This document shows positions 1 to 10,406 of a stretch of DNA of 64,000 nucleotides, one piece after another (position 1 is the first letter of the stretch; every line of letters begins with the position of its first letter). Source of the DNA: an uncultured delta proteobacterium (GTDB lineage Bacteria; Myxococcota_A; Polyangia; Polyangiales; Polyangiaceae). Location: NCBI GenBank assembly GCA_963716725.1, contig CAVQUB010000008.1, positions 1-64,000 on the forward strand, in the 5' to 3' direction. The notes under the pieces were generated by a model. It had not been told where the DNA came from. It searched no databases and saw nothing but the letters and a program-made list of their open reading frames with translations. Both the position numbers and the translations under genes were made by a program.

Positions 1-517
1 TGTAGGCCAGGCCGGCGAGGCCGATGGCCAGCGAGGTTGGCGCGAGCCAGCTGACTCGGCCGTGGTTGAAGGGCAGTGACGCGGCGCCGATCAGAAATAC
101 GCAGCCGAAGGTGGTGGCGTAGACCAGCAAGGTGGCCCCGGCGACGCGCCAGAGCGGCGCCTGGTAGATCTTCGACATGAAGTAGGTGAGCCACGCCTGA
201 CCCACATGGTGGTTGACCAGACTCGGCAGGTACGACGCCGCACGGATCACGAACAGCTCGGCGTAGCGCACCGGGCAAACCAAGCGCTGGTAGACGTGCA
301 TGGTCGCCAAGACGTCGGCGGCCAGCAGGGCCAGGTTGAAGGCGATGGTGAAGAGGAAGAAGAGCACGTAGTGGGTGCTCGACACCGCCCGCCAGAACGC
401 CGCGAAGTCCAGTCGGAAGAGCACGAACGCGAGCAGCGCGAGCGCCGTCGCAAAGGGCAAGAGACGCCGCCAGAGCGGCACCGCTACGGGTGCCGGCGCG
501 ACCTGATCGCTGCTCAC
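1..517 (-). CDS. Partial multi-TM membrane protein, lysylphosphatidylglycerol synthase TM / flippase-like (YbhN-like)
   Basis: Own translation from GTG at 517 (GTGA overlap with the epimerase stop): ...PLWRRLLPFATALALLAFVLFRLDFAAFWRAV...; hydrophobic; runs off the window start. Confidence 0.6.
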   Translation of the reverse strand, partial: MSSDQVAPAPVAVPLWRRLLPFATALALLAFVLFRLDFAAFWRAVSSTHYVLFFLFTIAFNLALLAADVLATMHVYQRLVCPVRYAELFVIRAASYLPSLVNHHVGQAWLTYFMSKIYQAPLWRVAGATLLVYATTFGCVFLIGAASLPFNHGRVSWLAPTSLAIGLAGLAY

Positions 518-1503
518 GAGGGCTTCCGAAGCTCCACCGGCGCCTCGTCGCTGGACCGCGTCCAGTCCACCCAGCGTCGGACGCCCTCTTCGAGGCTCAC
601 CTTGGGCGCATAGCCGAGAGTTCGAGCCGCTCGCGACACGTCGGCGCAGGTGACGGCCACCTCGCTGGCGCCGAGCTCTCCGAGCTTCACCCGGGCCGGC
701 ACACCGAGCTCGCTCGAGAGCAGATCGATCAACCGACGCACGCGCACCGGCTCGCTGCGACCGAGGTTGAAGGTGTCGAAGCCGCGCGTTCGCGTCACCC
801 AGTCGAGGGCGCCCAACACGCCGTCCACGATGTCGTCCACGTAGGTGAAATCCCGGGCCGTCTCTTCGCCGTGCAGGACGAGTTCTCGGCCCTCGAGCAG
901 AGCGCGCGTGAACGACGACATCGCCATGTCCGGTCGGCCCCGCGGTCCGTACACCGTGAAGAAGCGCGCAACGGCCACCGGCAGCTGGTGCAGGTGGTGG
1001 TAGGCGTAGACCATCAGCTCGGCGCCGCGCTTGCTGGCCGCGTAGGGCGAGAGCGGGGTGGTCGCCGGGTCGTCCTCGCGAAAGGGCGGGACCGCATCGC
1101 CCCCGTACACGCTCGAGGTCGAGGCGAAGACGATGGGGATGCCGCCGCGGCTGCGGCAGGCTTCGAGCACGAAAAGCCCGCCGACCTCGTTGACCTGGAC
1201 GTAGGAGAGCGGATCGTCGACGCTGGCCCGGACGCCGGCGCGAGCCGCCAGGTGAACCACGCTGTCGGGGCGCACGCGATCGAAGGTCCGCTCCACCAGG
1301 TCGCGGTCGCGAACGTCCCCCTCGATCAGTTCATAGCGGCTGCTTGCCGAGGCCCGAACGACGTTTCTGCGCTTCTGCTCCGGGTCGTAATAGGGGTCGA
1401 AATTGTCGAGCCCGGTCACCGTGGCGCCGGTCGATAGCAGCCGATCTGCCACGTTGGATGCGATGAACCCCGCGGCTCCGGTGACCAATACGCTGCGCGT
1501 CAT
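514..1503 (-). CDS. NAD-dependent epimerase/dehydratase (UDP-glucuronate 4-epimerase-like)
   Basis: VLVTGAAGFIAS Rossmann motif, HLAARAGVRAS, YAASK, RFFTVYGPRGRPDMA, RDFTYVDD. Confidence 0.9.
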   Translation of the reverse strand: MTRSVLVTGAAGFIASNVADRLLSTGATVTGLDNFDPYYDPEQKRRNVVRASASSRYELIEGDVRDRDLVERTFDRVRPDSVVHLAARAGVRASVDDPLSYVQVNEVGGLFVLEACRSRGGIPIVFASTSSVYGGDAVPPFREDDPATTPLSPYAASKRGAELMVYAYHHLHQLPVAVARFFTVYGPRGRPDMAMSSFTRALLEGRELVLHGEETARDFTYVDDIVDGVLGALDWVTRTRGFDTFNLGRSEPVRVRRLIDLLSSELGVPARVKLGELGASEVAVTCADVSRAARTLGYAPKVSLEEGVRRWVDWTRSSDEAPVELRKPS

Positions 1504-1587
1504 GAGCGGAGCCGAGCCTCGCACGAGGGCGGGACGGGCCGCCAGGTGCTTCTCGCTCGGGGCCGGCTCGGCTACGGTGGCCGTCTC

Positions 1588-3240
1588 ATGCGACGTATCG
1601 GCCCGCCGCACCTCCTCGCGCTCATCCTACCGCTCTTGGTTGCCGCGACGGCCAGCGCGCAAGTCGAGCCCTGGGTCGACGACGACGGGATCGCCAAGCC
1701 CACCCGCCACGAGTTCGGCGATCACGGGCTGCAAGTGGGCGCGGAATACCGAGCGAACTGGCTCTACATCAACCCCATCGACCTGAACGGGGTGAAGCAC
1801 CGGCGCGCGAGCTGGGTCGAGCACCGCCTGCGCCTCGATGCCACGGCGGACTACGACGAGAAGGTCCGCTTGGTCATGAGCTTCGACGCGCTCGACGGCA
1901 CCCTGTGGGGCGACAACGGCACCTTCGGGAGCAGTCCGACGCCGAACAGCGGCACCCGCGTCGCGGCCACCAACCCCAACAGCGCCAAGCCCGGCATCGG
2001 CTACGTGGGCGGCGACGAGCTCGATCCCGACAGCTACGGCTACGTGCTGGTGCCCAACGACGCCTTCAAGGTCCGCCGCATCTACGGGGAGGTGTCCACC
2101 CCAGTGGGTGTTCTGCGCATCGGCCGCCAGCCCACCACCGAAGGCATGACGATCTTGGTCGCGGACGGCGACGGGCGCAGCAACCGCTTCGGTTACAACA
2201 ACGCCGGCGACACCACCGATCGCATCTTGTTCGTGACCAAGCCCCTCGAAGCGCTGAAAGAGGCCGGAGAGCGGGACGTCTCACGGGACCGCGGCGTATT
2301 GGTCGGTGCCTTCTACGATCGCGCGGCTTCGCGGGACATTCGCCTGTTTGGTGACGATCTGCACGGCGCCGGCGGCTTCGTGCGCTGGGGCGACCGGGAT
2401 CCGAACCGCGGCACGCAGTTCGAGCTGCAAGCCGTCACCGCACACCGATGGGAGAGCGTCTACAACACCAACATCACCATCGCGAACCTCAAGGCTGCGG
2501 GGCGCTTCGATCATCTGACGGCGGGCATCGAAGGCGTCGGCATCTTTGGGCGCACCCGTGAGGTGAGCGAGGCGCTCTCGCTGATCAACAACGATCCCAT
2601 CGTTCGGCAGAAGGTCTCGCAATACGGCGCTCGCGCCGTCGTGCGCTGGGACGAGCCCACCTGGACCGCGTACCTCGAGGGTGATTTTGCCAGCGGCGAT
2701 CGCGACCCCAACCCCGGGACCTCGCTCACTCAGTTGGTCTTCGCCGAGGACAACAACGTGGGCTTGTTGATGTTCGAACGCATCATGCATTTCGAGTCGG
2801 CCCGATCGGCGGCGGCCGGCGTAGTCTTGCTCCGGCGCATCGGAGCCGAGACCTTCCCCGCCGAGCGCGTGGACACCGAAGGCTCGTTCACCAACGCGAT
2901 GGCGTTGTTTCCGCAGTTCGACTACCGCCCGCACAAGAACGTGCTCTTGCGCGGCGGCGTGCTGATGGCCTGGTCACCGTCGGGCACGGTGGATCCCACG
3001 GCTAGCCTCAACCGGCGTGACGGCACTGAGATCGAAGACGATCTGGTGAACTTCAACGGAGGCAAGCCAGGGAACTTCTACGGGACCGAGCTCGATGGAC
3101 GCTTCCGGTGGACCTATCTCGACCACTTCTTGTTCGATCTCGAGGGTGCGATACTCTTCCCGGGTGACGCCTTCAACGACGAGAACGGGCAGGCGGCTCG
3201 CAGCGTGCTGATCCAGGGCCGCACCACGTTCGTGTTCTAG
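1588..3240 (+). CDS. Outer-membrane beta-barrel protein (alginate-export/porin-like)
   Basis: Signal peptide ending ATASA-Q; amphipathic beta strands; VLRIGRQP and YGTELDG motifs; C-terminal Phe. Confidence 0.65.
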   Translation: MRRIGPPHLLALILPLLVAATASAQVEPWVDDDGIAKPTRHEFGDHGLQVGAEYRANWLYINPIDLNGVKHRRASWVEHRLRLDATADYDEKVRLVMSFDALDGTLWGDNGTFGSSPTPNSGTRVAATNPNSAKPGIGYVGGDELDPDSYGYVLVPNDAFKVRRIYGEVSTPVGVLRIGRQPTTEGMTILVADGDGRSNRFGYNNAGDTTDRILFVTKPLEALKEAGERDVSRDRGVLVGAFYDRAASRDIRLFGDDLHGAGGFVRWGDRDPNRGTQFELQAVTAHRWESVYNTNITIANLKAAGRFDHLTAGIEGVGIFGRTREVSEALSLINNDPIVRQKVSQYGARAVVRWDEPTWTAYLEGDFASGDRDPNPGTSLTQLVFAEDNNVGLLMFERIMHFESARSAAAGVVLLRRIGAETFPAERVDTEGSFTNAMALFPQFDYRPHKNVLLRGGVLMAWSPSGTVDPTASLNRRDGTEIEDDLVNFNGGKPGNFYGTELDGRFRWTYLDHFLFDLEGAILFPGDAFNDENGQAARSVLIQGRTTFVF

Positions 3241-3254
3241 AGGAGGAATCGAAG

Positions 3255-4360
3255 ATGCTCGCCCGATGCCTGATCGTCCTCACTCTGATGCTCGTCGCGC
3301 TGGGCTGCCAAGAGTTCGATCCGCCGCCAGAGCCCAGCGTGGCGTCCCTCGACAATGGTGTGATGAAAGCCGCGCCGGACGCGCCCTTCGTCCTGAAGCT
3401 CTCGGAGCCCTTCGTCAAGAGCTCGCTGCGCATCAAGATCATCAAGGCCGTGATGGATTCGAGGAGAACCTGCTGGACGAGCAGTCGCCGCCGGACTTCG
3501 AGGCCTTCGACGAGAACACCCTGATCGCCTACGACGGCGCGGCACCCGACGACGAAGCGCGGTCATTTGGCGCCACCTTCGAGCTGAACGGCACCAGCCT
3601 GACCATCGACCCGGCCAAGGCCTTTGCCGTCAGCGCGCCCTACCTGCTCCTGATCGAGCCCGGGCTCAGGGATCTCGATGGGCACAAGACCCTGCCGCGC
3701 ATCCGCATCCCCTTCACTTACGAACTGACCGGCGGCGGCAAGACCACACTGCCGACGGGCTACTACTACTTCATCCTGAACGTCGACTACCTCTCGACGC
3801 AGATCCAGGTCTTCGCGTACATGGAGGTCGATCCCGAGACCGGCATTTGGCGCGCGCGCTTCACCAACGCGAACCGGCGCGCGCAGCTCAACTCCCGACC
3901 CGGTTGTCCGAGCTGCTCCGGCGACACCCCCATCTGTGCGCTCGTCACCCAGCCGCGCTGCGTGAAGCCCAGCCAGAAGCAGTCCGTGCTCGACGAGTAC
4001 GTCGACTTTCTGCCGGAGTCCGAGGCGCCGGACGGCTACTTCTTCATCGCTGACGGGTTCGCAAAAGACGAAGCGAACCAGACCACCGCCTTCGGCACGG
4101 CTCCCTTCTTGATCCAAGTCGCGGTGGGCTCCGGCGGTATCACGGTGGACGCGGAAAACACGCGAATCTCCGGGATCTTCCGCAAGCACGAGGACGATCG
4201 TTGGCGCGCCACCGGCAGCCTCAGCGTGGAAGTCGTGAAGCTCAACAACGTTGGCTCCGATCCCACCAAGGGCACCTTCGAAGCGATGTCGCTCTCCGCC
4301 GCCGAGGTGGAGGCGACCGAGGCCTTCGGCATTCCCATCCCGACCGATCTGGAGAAGTGA
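3255..4360 (+). CDS. Lipoprotein (Ig-like N-terminal domain, Cys-containing C-terminal domain), split by one frameshift near 3460
   Basis: Lipobox VALGC in ORF 3255..3524; coding continues in ORF 3266..4360 (…KAVMDS|EENLLDEQ…); RBS GGAGG upstream. Confidence 0.65.
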
Positions 4361-4371
4361 GCGTCCGACGG

Positions 4372-5334
4372 TCAGCGGACCGTCACTCGAAGGTCGAAGG
4401 CCTCGCCTCGGCGTTCGAGGCGCGCGACGAGCCCCTGAGCGCTACGCGCCGCGCCCAGGGCTCGAACCAGCGCGTCTAGGTTTCGAGCCGGCGTCTCGTC
4501 GATGGCCAGCACCCGATCCCCGGTCTCGACGCCCAAGCGTTCGAGCAACGAGTCGGTGGGCACCTCGCCCAGCTCGAAGCCAATCGTCTGGTCTTGGCTC
4601 TGCACCGGCTCGATCTTCAGACCGGCCAGCAGGCTGCCGGCCTGCTCGTAGATCCCGGGCACCAGGTCACGATCCACGGCAAAGTGCGTCTCTCCGAGCT
4701 TCTCGATGCCGTTGACCAGCTCGCCGCTCAGGCGCCAGGGCTCGCGCCGACGTTGTCGGCTCGGTTCCGGGTCGCCGGTTCGCGCCCCGAAGTGCATGGC
4801 GGCGGCGCAGCGGCCGCCTCCGCCGACGAGCCAGACGCGATCCCATTCGATGCGCTCGACTCGATAGGGTCCAACGCGCTCGCCGATGCGGCGGATCACC
4901 GCAGGCTCACCCTCGGCGGGCGAGAGCGACGCAAACGCCCAGCCCGGATCGGGTGAGTCCGTGATCAAGCGAACCTCGACGCCCGAGCATGAGCCGCGGG
5001 CTCGGGGCGTGCGCGCGCGTTGCGCTCTTGGCTCCGGAGCGTCGGCCAGCGGTAGATTGGTAGCGGCGACGGCGTCGGGCGGCGGCGCACTCCTTCGAGT
5101 ATCGCGAAGCGCGTCGCTCGGAGTCGCGCTCGCCTTGGGCGGCGCCAGCGCTGCCTCGCCGCGCTCCGCCATGGCGCCGGCGAGGGGGCCAAGCCCTCGG
5201 GGCTCCGTCGGCGCAGCTGCGCTGGGGGCGGGCGCCGACGCGGGCTCGCGTCGATCGCGAACCAGGTACAGAACTCCGGCGACGATCGGGATCACCCCGA
5301 GCGCGCAGCCCCGAAGGATGGCGTCGCGATCCAT
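4372..5334 (-). CDS. gspC: Type II secretion system protein C-like (TM, HR domain, PDZ)
   Basis: N-terminal TM, Pro/Ala linker, IRRIGERVGPYRVERIEWDRV HR-like segment, C-terminal PDZ (DSLLERLGVETGDRVLAID). Confidence 0.65.
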   Translation of the reverse strand: MDRDAILRGCALGVIPIVAGVLYLVRDRREPASAPAPSAAAPTEPRGLGPLAGAMAERGEAALAPPKASATPSDALRDTRRSAPPPDAVAATNLPLADAPEPRAQRARTPRARGSCSGVEVRLITDSPDPGWAFASLSPAEGEPAVIRRIGERVGPYRVERIEWDRVWLVGGGGRCAAAMHFGARTGDPEPSRQRRREPWRLSGELVNGIEKLGETHFAVDRDLVPGIYEQAGSLLAGLKIEPVQSQDQTIGFELGEVPTDSLLERLGVETGDRVLAIDETPARNLDALVRALGAARSAQGLVARLERRGEAFDLRVTVR

Positions 5335-5349
5335 CGTCCCGTGCAGCGA

Positions 5350-5365
5350 AGCGAAGCGCGTGCCA
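5350..5365 (-). promoter_or_regulatory. Putative sigma-54 promoter for the gspC-like gene
   Basis: TGGCACGcgctTCGCT on the minus strand; GG-N10-GC spacing; 15 nt upstream of ATG. Confidence 0.55.
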
Positions 5366-5514
5366 GGGACGATCTACGGGTGTTTGGGGGCTTGGCTTCG
5401 GATGGCCTGCTAACTTGGCAACGCGGAGCGCTCCGACACGAGTGCGCCTGCCAGATTGTCATCAGAAGTCTCGCGACGTTCTCCGGGCGCGGAGAACGTG
5501 GCACGCTTGGGCGC

Positions 5515-5919
5515 GTGCGTGCCGCGTGGATCTGCCTCGGCTTGTTTTTCACTGCGCTCGGTTTTGCCGGCGTCGCGCTGCCGCTCTTGCCGGGCACGCC
5601 CTTCTTCTTGCTCGCGGCCTGGGCTTTCGCTCGCTCGAGCCCGCGGCTCCACGCGTGGCTCTTGTCGCTCCCGCGGATCGGGGCCGCCATCCACGATTAT
5701 CAGGGTGGGCTCGGCGTCTCGCGCCGCATCAAGCAAAGCGCGGTGATCGGCTGCGCGCTGGCTGTGAGCCTGAGCGCGCTGCTCGCGTCGAGCATGGCGC
5801 TCAAGATCGCCGTGGTGCTGTCCGGGATCTTGGGGGTCGGCTTCGTGCTCGTTCGAGTGCCGACCCGTGAGGTCGTTCTGGCGCGGCGCGAGGTCGACGA
5901 GCAGGCTGCGCGGCGTTGA
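5515..5919 (+). CDS. YbaN/DUF454 family inner-membrane protein (start approximate)
   Basis: GVALPLLPGTPFFLLAAWAFARSSPRLHAWLL signature. Confidence 0.85.
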   Translation: MRAAWICLGLFFTALGFAGVALPLLPGTPFFLLAAWAFARSSPRLHAWLLSLPRIGAAIHDYQGGLGVSRRIKQSAVIGCALAVSLSALLASSMALKIAVVLSGILGVGFVLVRVPTREVVLARREVDEQAARR

Positions 5920-5928
5920 TCGAGCGGT

Positions 5929-6843
5929 TCACGGTTCGACTCGTGGATCCGCGCAGCACCGAAAGCCCGTCGAATAGTCGTGATAGTCGAAAGGGTGGCC
6001 GCCGGTGCGGTACTCGCAGCCCTGGCCGTTCTGAAACGTGTCCATGAAGAAGCCGCCGAAGAACGTGCCCTCCGGATCGTTCACCCACTCGTGCTGGTTG
6101 CCCACCATGTCGTAGACGCCGTAGTCGTTCGTGCACTTTGCGTAAGCGCCAGTGGGAGCGGTGGTATTGGGCAGCTCGAGCAAGCGCTTGTCGTTCATGA
6201 AGCGCGGGTGCCACATCAGCTTTTCGTCGAGGGGGTCTTGCGGATCCTTCTTCCAGAGAATCGGCACCGGGTGGTGATCGAGCACCTTGAAGCGGTCGTT
6301 GCAGAGATTGGGCCGGCGCTCGTCCCCATAGGGGTAGCGCGTGAGCTTGGGCCCGCGGCACGCGCGCACCCACTCGTCGACTTCGCAGAGCCGCTTGCCG
6401 GCGTTGGAACAGGCGCGGGCAGCCTGTTTTCCGCTGATGTAGCCCTGGGCGCGCACGCCCCGTCGGCTGACAGCCGAGACTTTGGCCTCGATGCCGTCCA
6501 CGTTCTGATTGAAGGGGTGCGTGACCGCCGCGGCTCCCGCCTCGAGGCGTACCAGCGCGGCTTCCCAACGATCGATGCAGTAAGCGCCTTGGTAGCGCTC
6601 GACCAGCGCCATGCCCTCGGGACAAGTCGGCGGCGCAGGGGGCGGCGCTGGGGCCTCCGAGGTCGCCTCGGGCTGGGTGACGAGCGGTGGCGCTTTCTGC
6701 ACCGACTCCGCCGCGGCGCGCTTCACGCGCGGTGCCGCCGGTGGTGGCGTGGCGGCTACGGGCGCGGCGCACGCGCACGCGACGAGGCCCAGCGTTGCGA
6801 TCACAAAGCGTGGCGCTAGGGAGTTCAGTTGAGGGACTCCCAT
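5929..6843 (-). CDS. FGE-sulfatase (SUMF1/EgtB/PvdO-family) domain lipoprotein
   Basis: CPEGMALV, YCIDRWEA, KRLCEVDEWVRAC, YGVYDMVGNQHEW, TGFRCCAD; Cys after the signal peptide. Confidence 0.85.
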   Translation of the reverse strand: MGVPQLNSLAPRFVIATLGLVACACAAPVAATPPPAAPRVKRAAAESVQKAPPLVTQPEATSEAPAPPPAPPTCPEGMALVERYQGAYCIDRWEAALVRLEAGAAAVTHPFNQNVDGIEAKVSAVSRRGVRAQGYISGKQAARACSNAGKRLCEVDEWVRACRGPKLTRYPYGDERRPNLCNDRFKVLDHHPVPILWKKDPQDPLDEKLMWHPRFMNDKRLLELPNTTAPTGAYAKCTNDYGVYDMVGNQHEWVNDPEGTFFGGFFMDTFQNGQGCEYRTGGHPFDYHDYSTGFRCCADPRVEP

Positions 6844-7073
6844 TGCTCAGCGACCTCGATGCCTCGGGCGCGCACGGCGCTCACGAAGGGTCCGAACGGT
6901 ACTGCGAGCTCACCGGGCAGCACTCCGCGTTCTTGGATCGCGCCGGTGCCCAACATGCAGGCGACGACCGCCGCGGGATACGACGTCGTGCGCGCCATGG
7001 CGCCGTGACCCGCCTTTGGATCCCACGCCGCCGCCCGGCCCATCCTGCCCGCACCCAGAACCATCGCTCGCAT
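6825..7073 (-). pseudogene. Internally deleted saccharopine dehydrogenase-like gene
   Basis: N-terminal VLGAGRMGRAAAWD joined directly to C-terminal AMARTTSYPAAVVACMLGTGAIQERGVLPGE in only 82 aa. Confidence 0.7.
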
Positions 7074-7113
7074 GTCGCAGCGGGTCTAGCGCTGCGGCCG
7101 GCGGGTTTCCAGC

Positions 7114-8016
7114 TCACTTGCAGAGGGTCACGCTGGGGCTGTTCTTGCAGTCGTAGTCCGCGCAGTCGACGTAGCCGTCGTCGTCGTTGTCTTTGCCGTC
7201 GCTGCAGGCGGTGTTGTTGTTCTCGGGTCCCGGCGTGCCTTTGCAGACGGTCACGCTCGGGTTCAGGCTGCACGAGAAGTCTTTGCAGTCGGTGAAGCCG
7301 TCGCCGTCGTTGTCCTTGCCATCGGTGCAGGTGGCGTTGCTGTCTTCGGTCGTGGAGGTGGTGCCGCCGGACCCGCCCGCGCCGCTGGTCCCGCCCGCGC
7401 CGCTGGTCCCGCCCGCGCCGCTGGTCCCGCCTGCGCCGCTGGTCCCGCCTGCGCCGCTGGTCCCGCCCGCGCCGCTGGTCCCGCCTGCGCCGCTGGTCCC
7501 GCCTGCGCCGCTGGTCCCGCCTGCGCCGCTGGTCCCGCCTGCGCCGCCCGCGCCGCCACCACCGCAGAGCCCGCTCTGTTCGTAGGCCGCCAGCGCGCTC
7601 TTGCAGCCTGTCTCCGGATCGCTGCTCAACAGGTAGGCGTCCACCGCCGTCTGGCACTGCGCTTCAAAGGTCGCATCGCCGCTCTTGCAACAAGCTGCCA
7701 GGTCGACGCAGGCTGTGCCCGATCCGCCGCCGGTGCCGCCCGCTCCCCCGCCGCCACAGGTGCCCGACTGCGTATAGCCTTGCAGCGCCGACGCGCAGGC
7801 TTGGGCGCCGTCCTGGGCACCGGAGAGCTGCGTCGCTTGGTCGTGGCACTGCTGATTCTGTGCCGGATCCGCGAAGTCGTCGCAGCAGCTGTGCAGCGCG
7901 TCGCACTCGGCGACGCCACCGCCGCCGCCACCGGCGCTGCTGCACGCGCCGACGAAGACACCGACCGCGATCAGACAGAGCTTGTGAGAGAAGAACCGAG
8001 ACATGACCGTTCGCAC
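7114..8016 (-). CDS. Cys-rich lipoprotein with Gly-rich linker and two DxDxDG metal-binding repeats
   Basis: Lipobox VGAC; two CxxLxxCC modules; [17 protein letters not shown] and [17 protein letters not shown]. Confidence 0.8.
   Translation of the reverse strand: MRTVMSRFFSHKLCLIAVGVFVGACSSAGGGGGGVAECDALHSCCDDFADPAQNQQCHDQATQLSGAQDGAQACASALQGYTQSGTCGGGGAGGTGGGSGTACVDLAACCKSGDATFEAQCQTAVDAYLLSSDPETGCKSALAAYEQSGLCGGGGAGGAGGTSGAGGTSGAGGTSGAGGTSGAGGTSGAGGTSGAGGTSGAGGTSGAGGTSGAGGSGGTTSTTEDSNATCTDGKDNDGDGFTDCKDFSCSLNPSVTVCKGTPGPENNNTACSDGKDNDDDGYVDCADYDCKNSPSVTLCK
7373..7546. repeat. 18-bp coding tandem repeat, about 9 copies (GGTSGA)
   Basis: (ccgccYgcgccgctggtc)n read directly. Confidence 0.9.
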
Positions 8017-8187
8017 GCGAAGTGGCCTTCCTACGCCGAGCCTGCGCCCTTCTTCCCAGACGTCGAGGAGTCGCGCAAGCGGTGGGGGCGCAATTGCGCT
8101 CGCGCAGCAGGCATTTTCGCGCTCATTTTGCCCGCCGTCGGGGCGCGGGCTTGCACGCTCCGCCCGTTCGTCGCATGTCCCGGCCCC

Positions 8188-9783
8188 ATGGAATCACGGC
8201 CCCAATCGAACTTGCCGAACACCCTCGTCGTTGGAAACCGCGTTGGCGGAAGGGAGCTTCCCGTCGGGGCCGAGGTGTTCGAGCGTCGGAGTCCGTCGAA
8301 CCGCGACGATCTGGTGACCATCGCGCCGCTTTCGAGCCGCGACGAGGTGAAGAACGCCTGCCTCGCCGCGCGCGAGGCGCAGAAGACCTGGGGCCGCGTG
8401 CCCGCGCCCCAGCGCGCGCAGGTGCTGACGCGACTGGCGGGGCTGCTCACCGCGAGCAAAGAAGAGCTCTCCCGCTTCATCGCTCGGGAGGTCGGCAAGC
8501 CGCTCCGCGAGGCACGGGGCAGCGTTCAAGAGGCCATCGACACCGCAGAGTTCTTCATGAGCGAGGGTCGCCGGCTCTACGGGCAGACGGTCCCGAGCGA
8601 GCTGCCGGACAAGGAGCTCTTCACCTACCGTCGCCCGCTGGGCGTGGTCGGCATGATCACCGCTGGCAATTTTCCCATCGCGGTGCCGGCGTGGAAGATC
8701 GTGCCAGCGGTGTTGTGCGGCAACTCGGTGGTTTGGAAGCCGAGCGACGATGCGCCAGGCATCGCCGGGATCTTCGCCGATCTGTGGCAGCGCGCCGGCC
8801 TTCCGGATGGCGTGATCAACGTCGTGCACGGAGGCGGTGCGGGCAGCGCCGGCGAGTATCTGATCGAGCAGATCGACGCCGGCTTGCTGGACAAGGTTTC
8901 CTTCACTGGATCGACCACCGTGGGTCGGAAGATCGGCGAGGCTTGCGGGCGAAATCTCCAAGTTCCCTCCCTCGAGCTCGGTGGCAAAAACCCCCTGGTC
9001 ATCCTGGCCGACGCCGATCTCGAGCTCGCCGTCGAAGGGGCTCTGTGGGCCTCCTTCGGTACCGCCGGCCAGCGGTGCACGAGCTGCGGCAACATCATCG
9101 TCGACAAGCGCGTCGCGGCCAGCGTGCGCTCGGAGCTGGTGCGCCGGGCCAAGGCGCTCCGGATTGGCGACCCCTCCAGCGAGAACATCGACTACGGGCC
9201 CTTCATCAACGAGCGATTCCTGGAGAAGTGGATCGAGCAGCGCGCGATCGGCGCCCAAGACGGCGCGGAGCTCCTGCTCGACGGCAAGCGCATCGTACCG
9301 GGGGACGAGCCCGCCGGTTTCAGCGGCGACGCCGCCCGCGGCCTCTACGCGACGCCGCGCATCTTCGACAAGGTGAAGATGAGCATGCGCGTGGCCCAAG
9401 AAGAGTGCTTCGGGCCCACGGTGAACATCGTCGAGGTCGACGGCATCGACGAGGCCATCGACGCCGCCAACGGCACGCCCTACGGGCTGTCGAGCGCCAT
9501 CTACACCCGCGATGCCCGGGCCATGCTGCGCTTCAAAGAGGAGATCCGCGCGGGCATGACCAGCGTGAACAACTCGACCACCGGCGCCGAGGCGCACCTG
9601 CCCTTCGGCGGCAACGGCTGGAGCGGCAACGGCACGCGCGAGAGCGGGATCTGGGTCATTGACGCCTACACGCGCTGGCAAGCGGTCAACGTCGATCTCG
9701 CTGGCAAGCTCCAGAAGGCGCAGATCGATCTCGCCGGCGCGGGGCCGGCCCAGGCGCCGGACCTCTCGGCGCTGCTCGGCTGA
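8188..9783 (+). CDS. Aldehyde dehydrogenase family protein
   Basis: [31 protein letters not shown] catalytic Cys, EECFGP, PFGG. Confidence 0.95.
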   Translation: MESRPQSNLPNTLVVGNRVGGRELPVGAEVFERRSPSNRDDLVTIAPLSSRDEVKNACLAAREAQKTWGRVPAPQRAQVLTRLAGLLTASKEELSRFIAREVGKPLREARGSVQEAIDTAEFFMSEGRRLYGQTVPSELPDKELFTYRRPLGVVGMITAGNFPIAVPAWKIVPAVLCGNSVVWKPSDDAPGIAGIFADLWQRAGLPDGVINVVHGGGAGSAGEYLIEQIDAGLLDKVSFTGSTTVGRKIGEACGRNLQVPSLELGGKNPLVILADADLELAVEGALWASFGTAGQRCTSCGNIIVDKRVAASVRSELVRRAKALRIGDPSSENIDYGPFINERFLEKWIEQRAIGAQDGAELLLDGKRIVPGDEPAGFSGDAARGLYATPRIFDKVKMSMRVAQEECFGPTVNIVEVDGIDEAIDAANGTPYGLSSAIYTRDARAMLRFKEEIRAGMTSVNNSTTGAEAHLPFGGNGWSGNGTRESGIWVIDAYTRWQAVNVDLAGKLQKAQIDLAGAGPAQAPDLSALLG

Positions 9784-9870
9784 TTTCAGGCCTGCGTGCA
9801 GATCTGAAAAATCAGCCCCTCGAGGGCCGGACCGGCGACGCAATTTCGGACAGTTGGGCTCCGCTTGCTC

Positions 9871-9886
9871 CGGCACGGAGCCTGCT
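9871..9886 (+). promoter_or_regulatory. Putative sigma-54 promoter
   Basis: CGGCACGgagcCTGCT with GG-N10-GC spacing, just upstream of ATG 9900. Confidence 0.45.
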
Positions 9887-9899
9887 TGGTCCTCTCTCG

Positions 9900-10403
9900 A
9901 TGTCAGTTGCGCGTACTCGGGCCGTCGACCTCCAGGCGAACAGCAGAAAAGAAGACGATCGGAGCAAGGTGCTCACCGACGCCTCGCGCCCCCGGCCGAG
10001 CCGCATCCCCCGCGGCAAGGGCGGCGCCCTCGATTCGCCGCGAATGCTCCTGGCGGAGTCGGATCGAGCTGCCCGCGGCCTGCTGTTGCCGTGGCTCAGC
10101 GGGCTCCCGACGGAGATCGAGGAGGTCATGGATGGCGACGCCCTCGAGCGCGCGCTGTTGTCCGGCGTGCGCTACCAGCTCGTCATCGCCAGCGCGCGAT
10201 TGCCCGAGCCGAGCGCGCTCCAGGTTTTGGCGCGAGTCCGGCGTCAGGGGATCCGCACGCCGTTCATCGTCGTGACCTCGGTGCACGGCAACATGCTGCG
10301 CATCTTCATGAGCGACTCGGAAGGCACGGTGTTGTCGAGCCGCATGGTGGACGGCAACAATCTGGCGTCGCTGATCAGCGAAATCATCGGCCAGCCGCGC
10401 TGA
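9900..10403 (+). CDS. Atypical stand-alone receiver domain lacking the phosphoacceptor Asp
   Basis: RMLLAESD…YQLVIASARLPEPSALQVL…TPFIVVTS follows the REC pattern. Confidence 0.7.
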   Translation: MSVARTRAVDLQANSRKEDDRSKVLTDASRPRPSRIPRGKGGALDSPRMLLAESDRAARGLLLPWLSGLPTEIEEVMDGDALERALLSGVRYQLVIASARLPEPSALQVLARVRRQGIRTPFIVVTSVHGNMLRIFMSDSEGTVLSSRMVDGNNLASLISEIIGQPR

Positions 10404-10406
10404 CGC

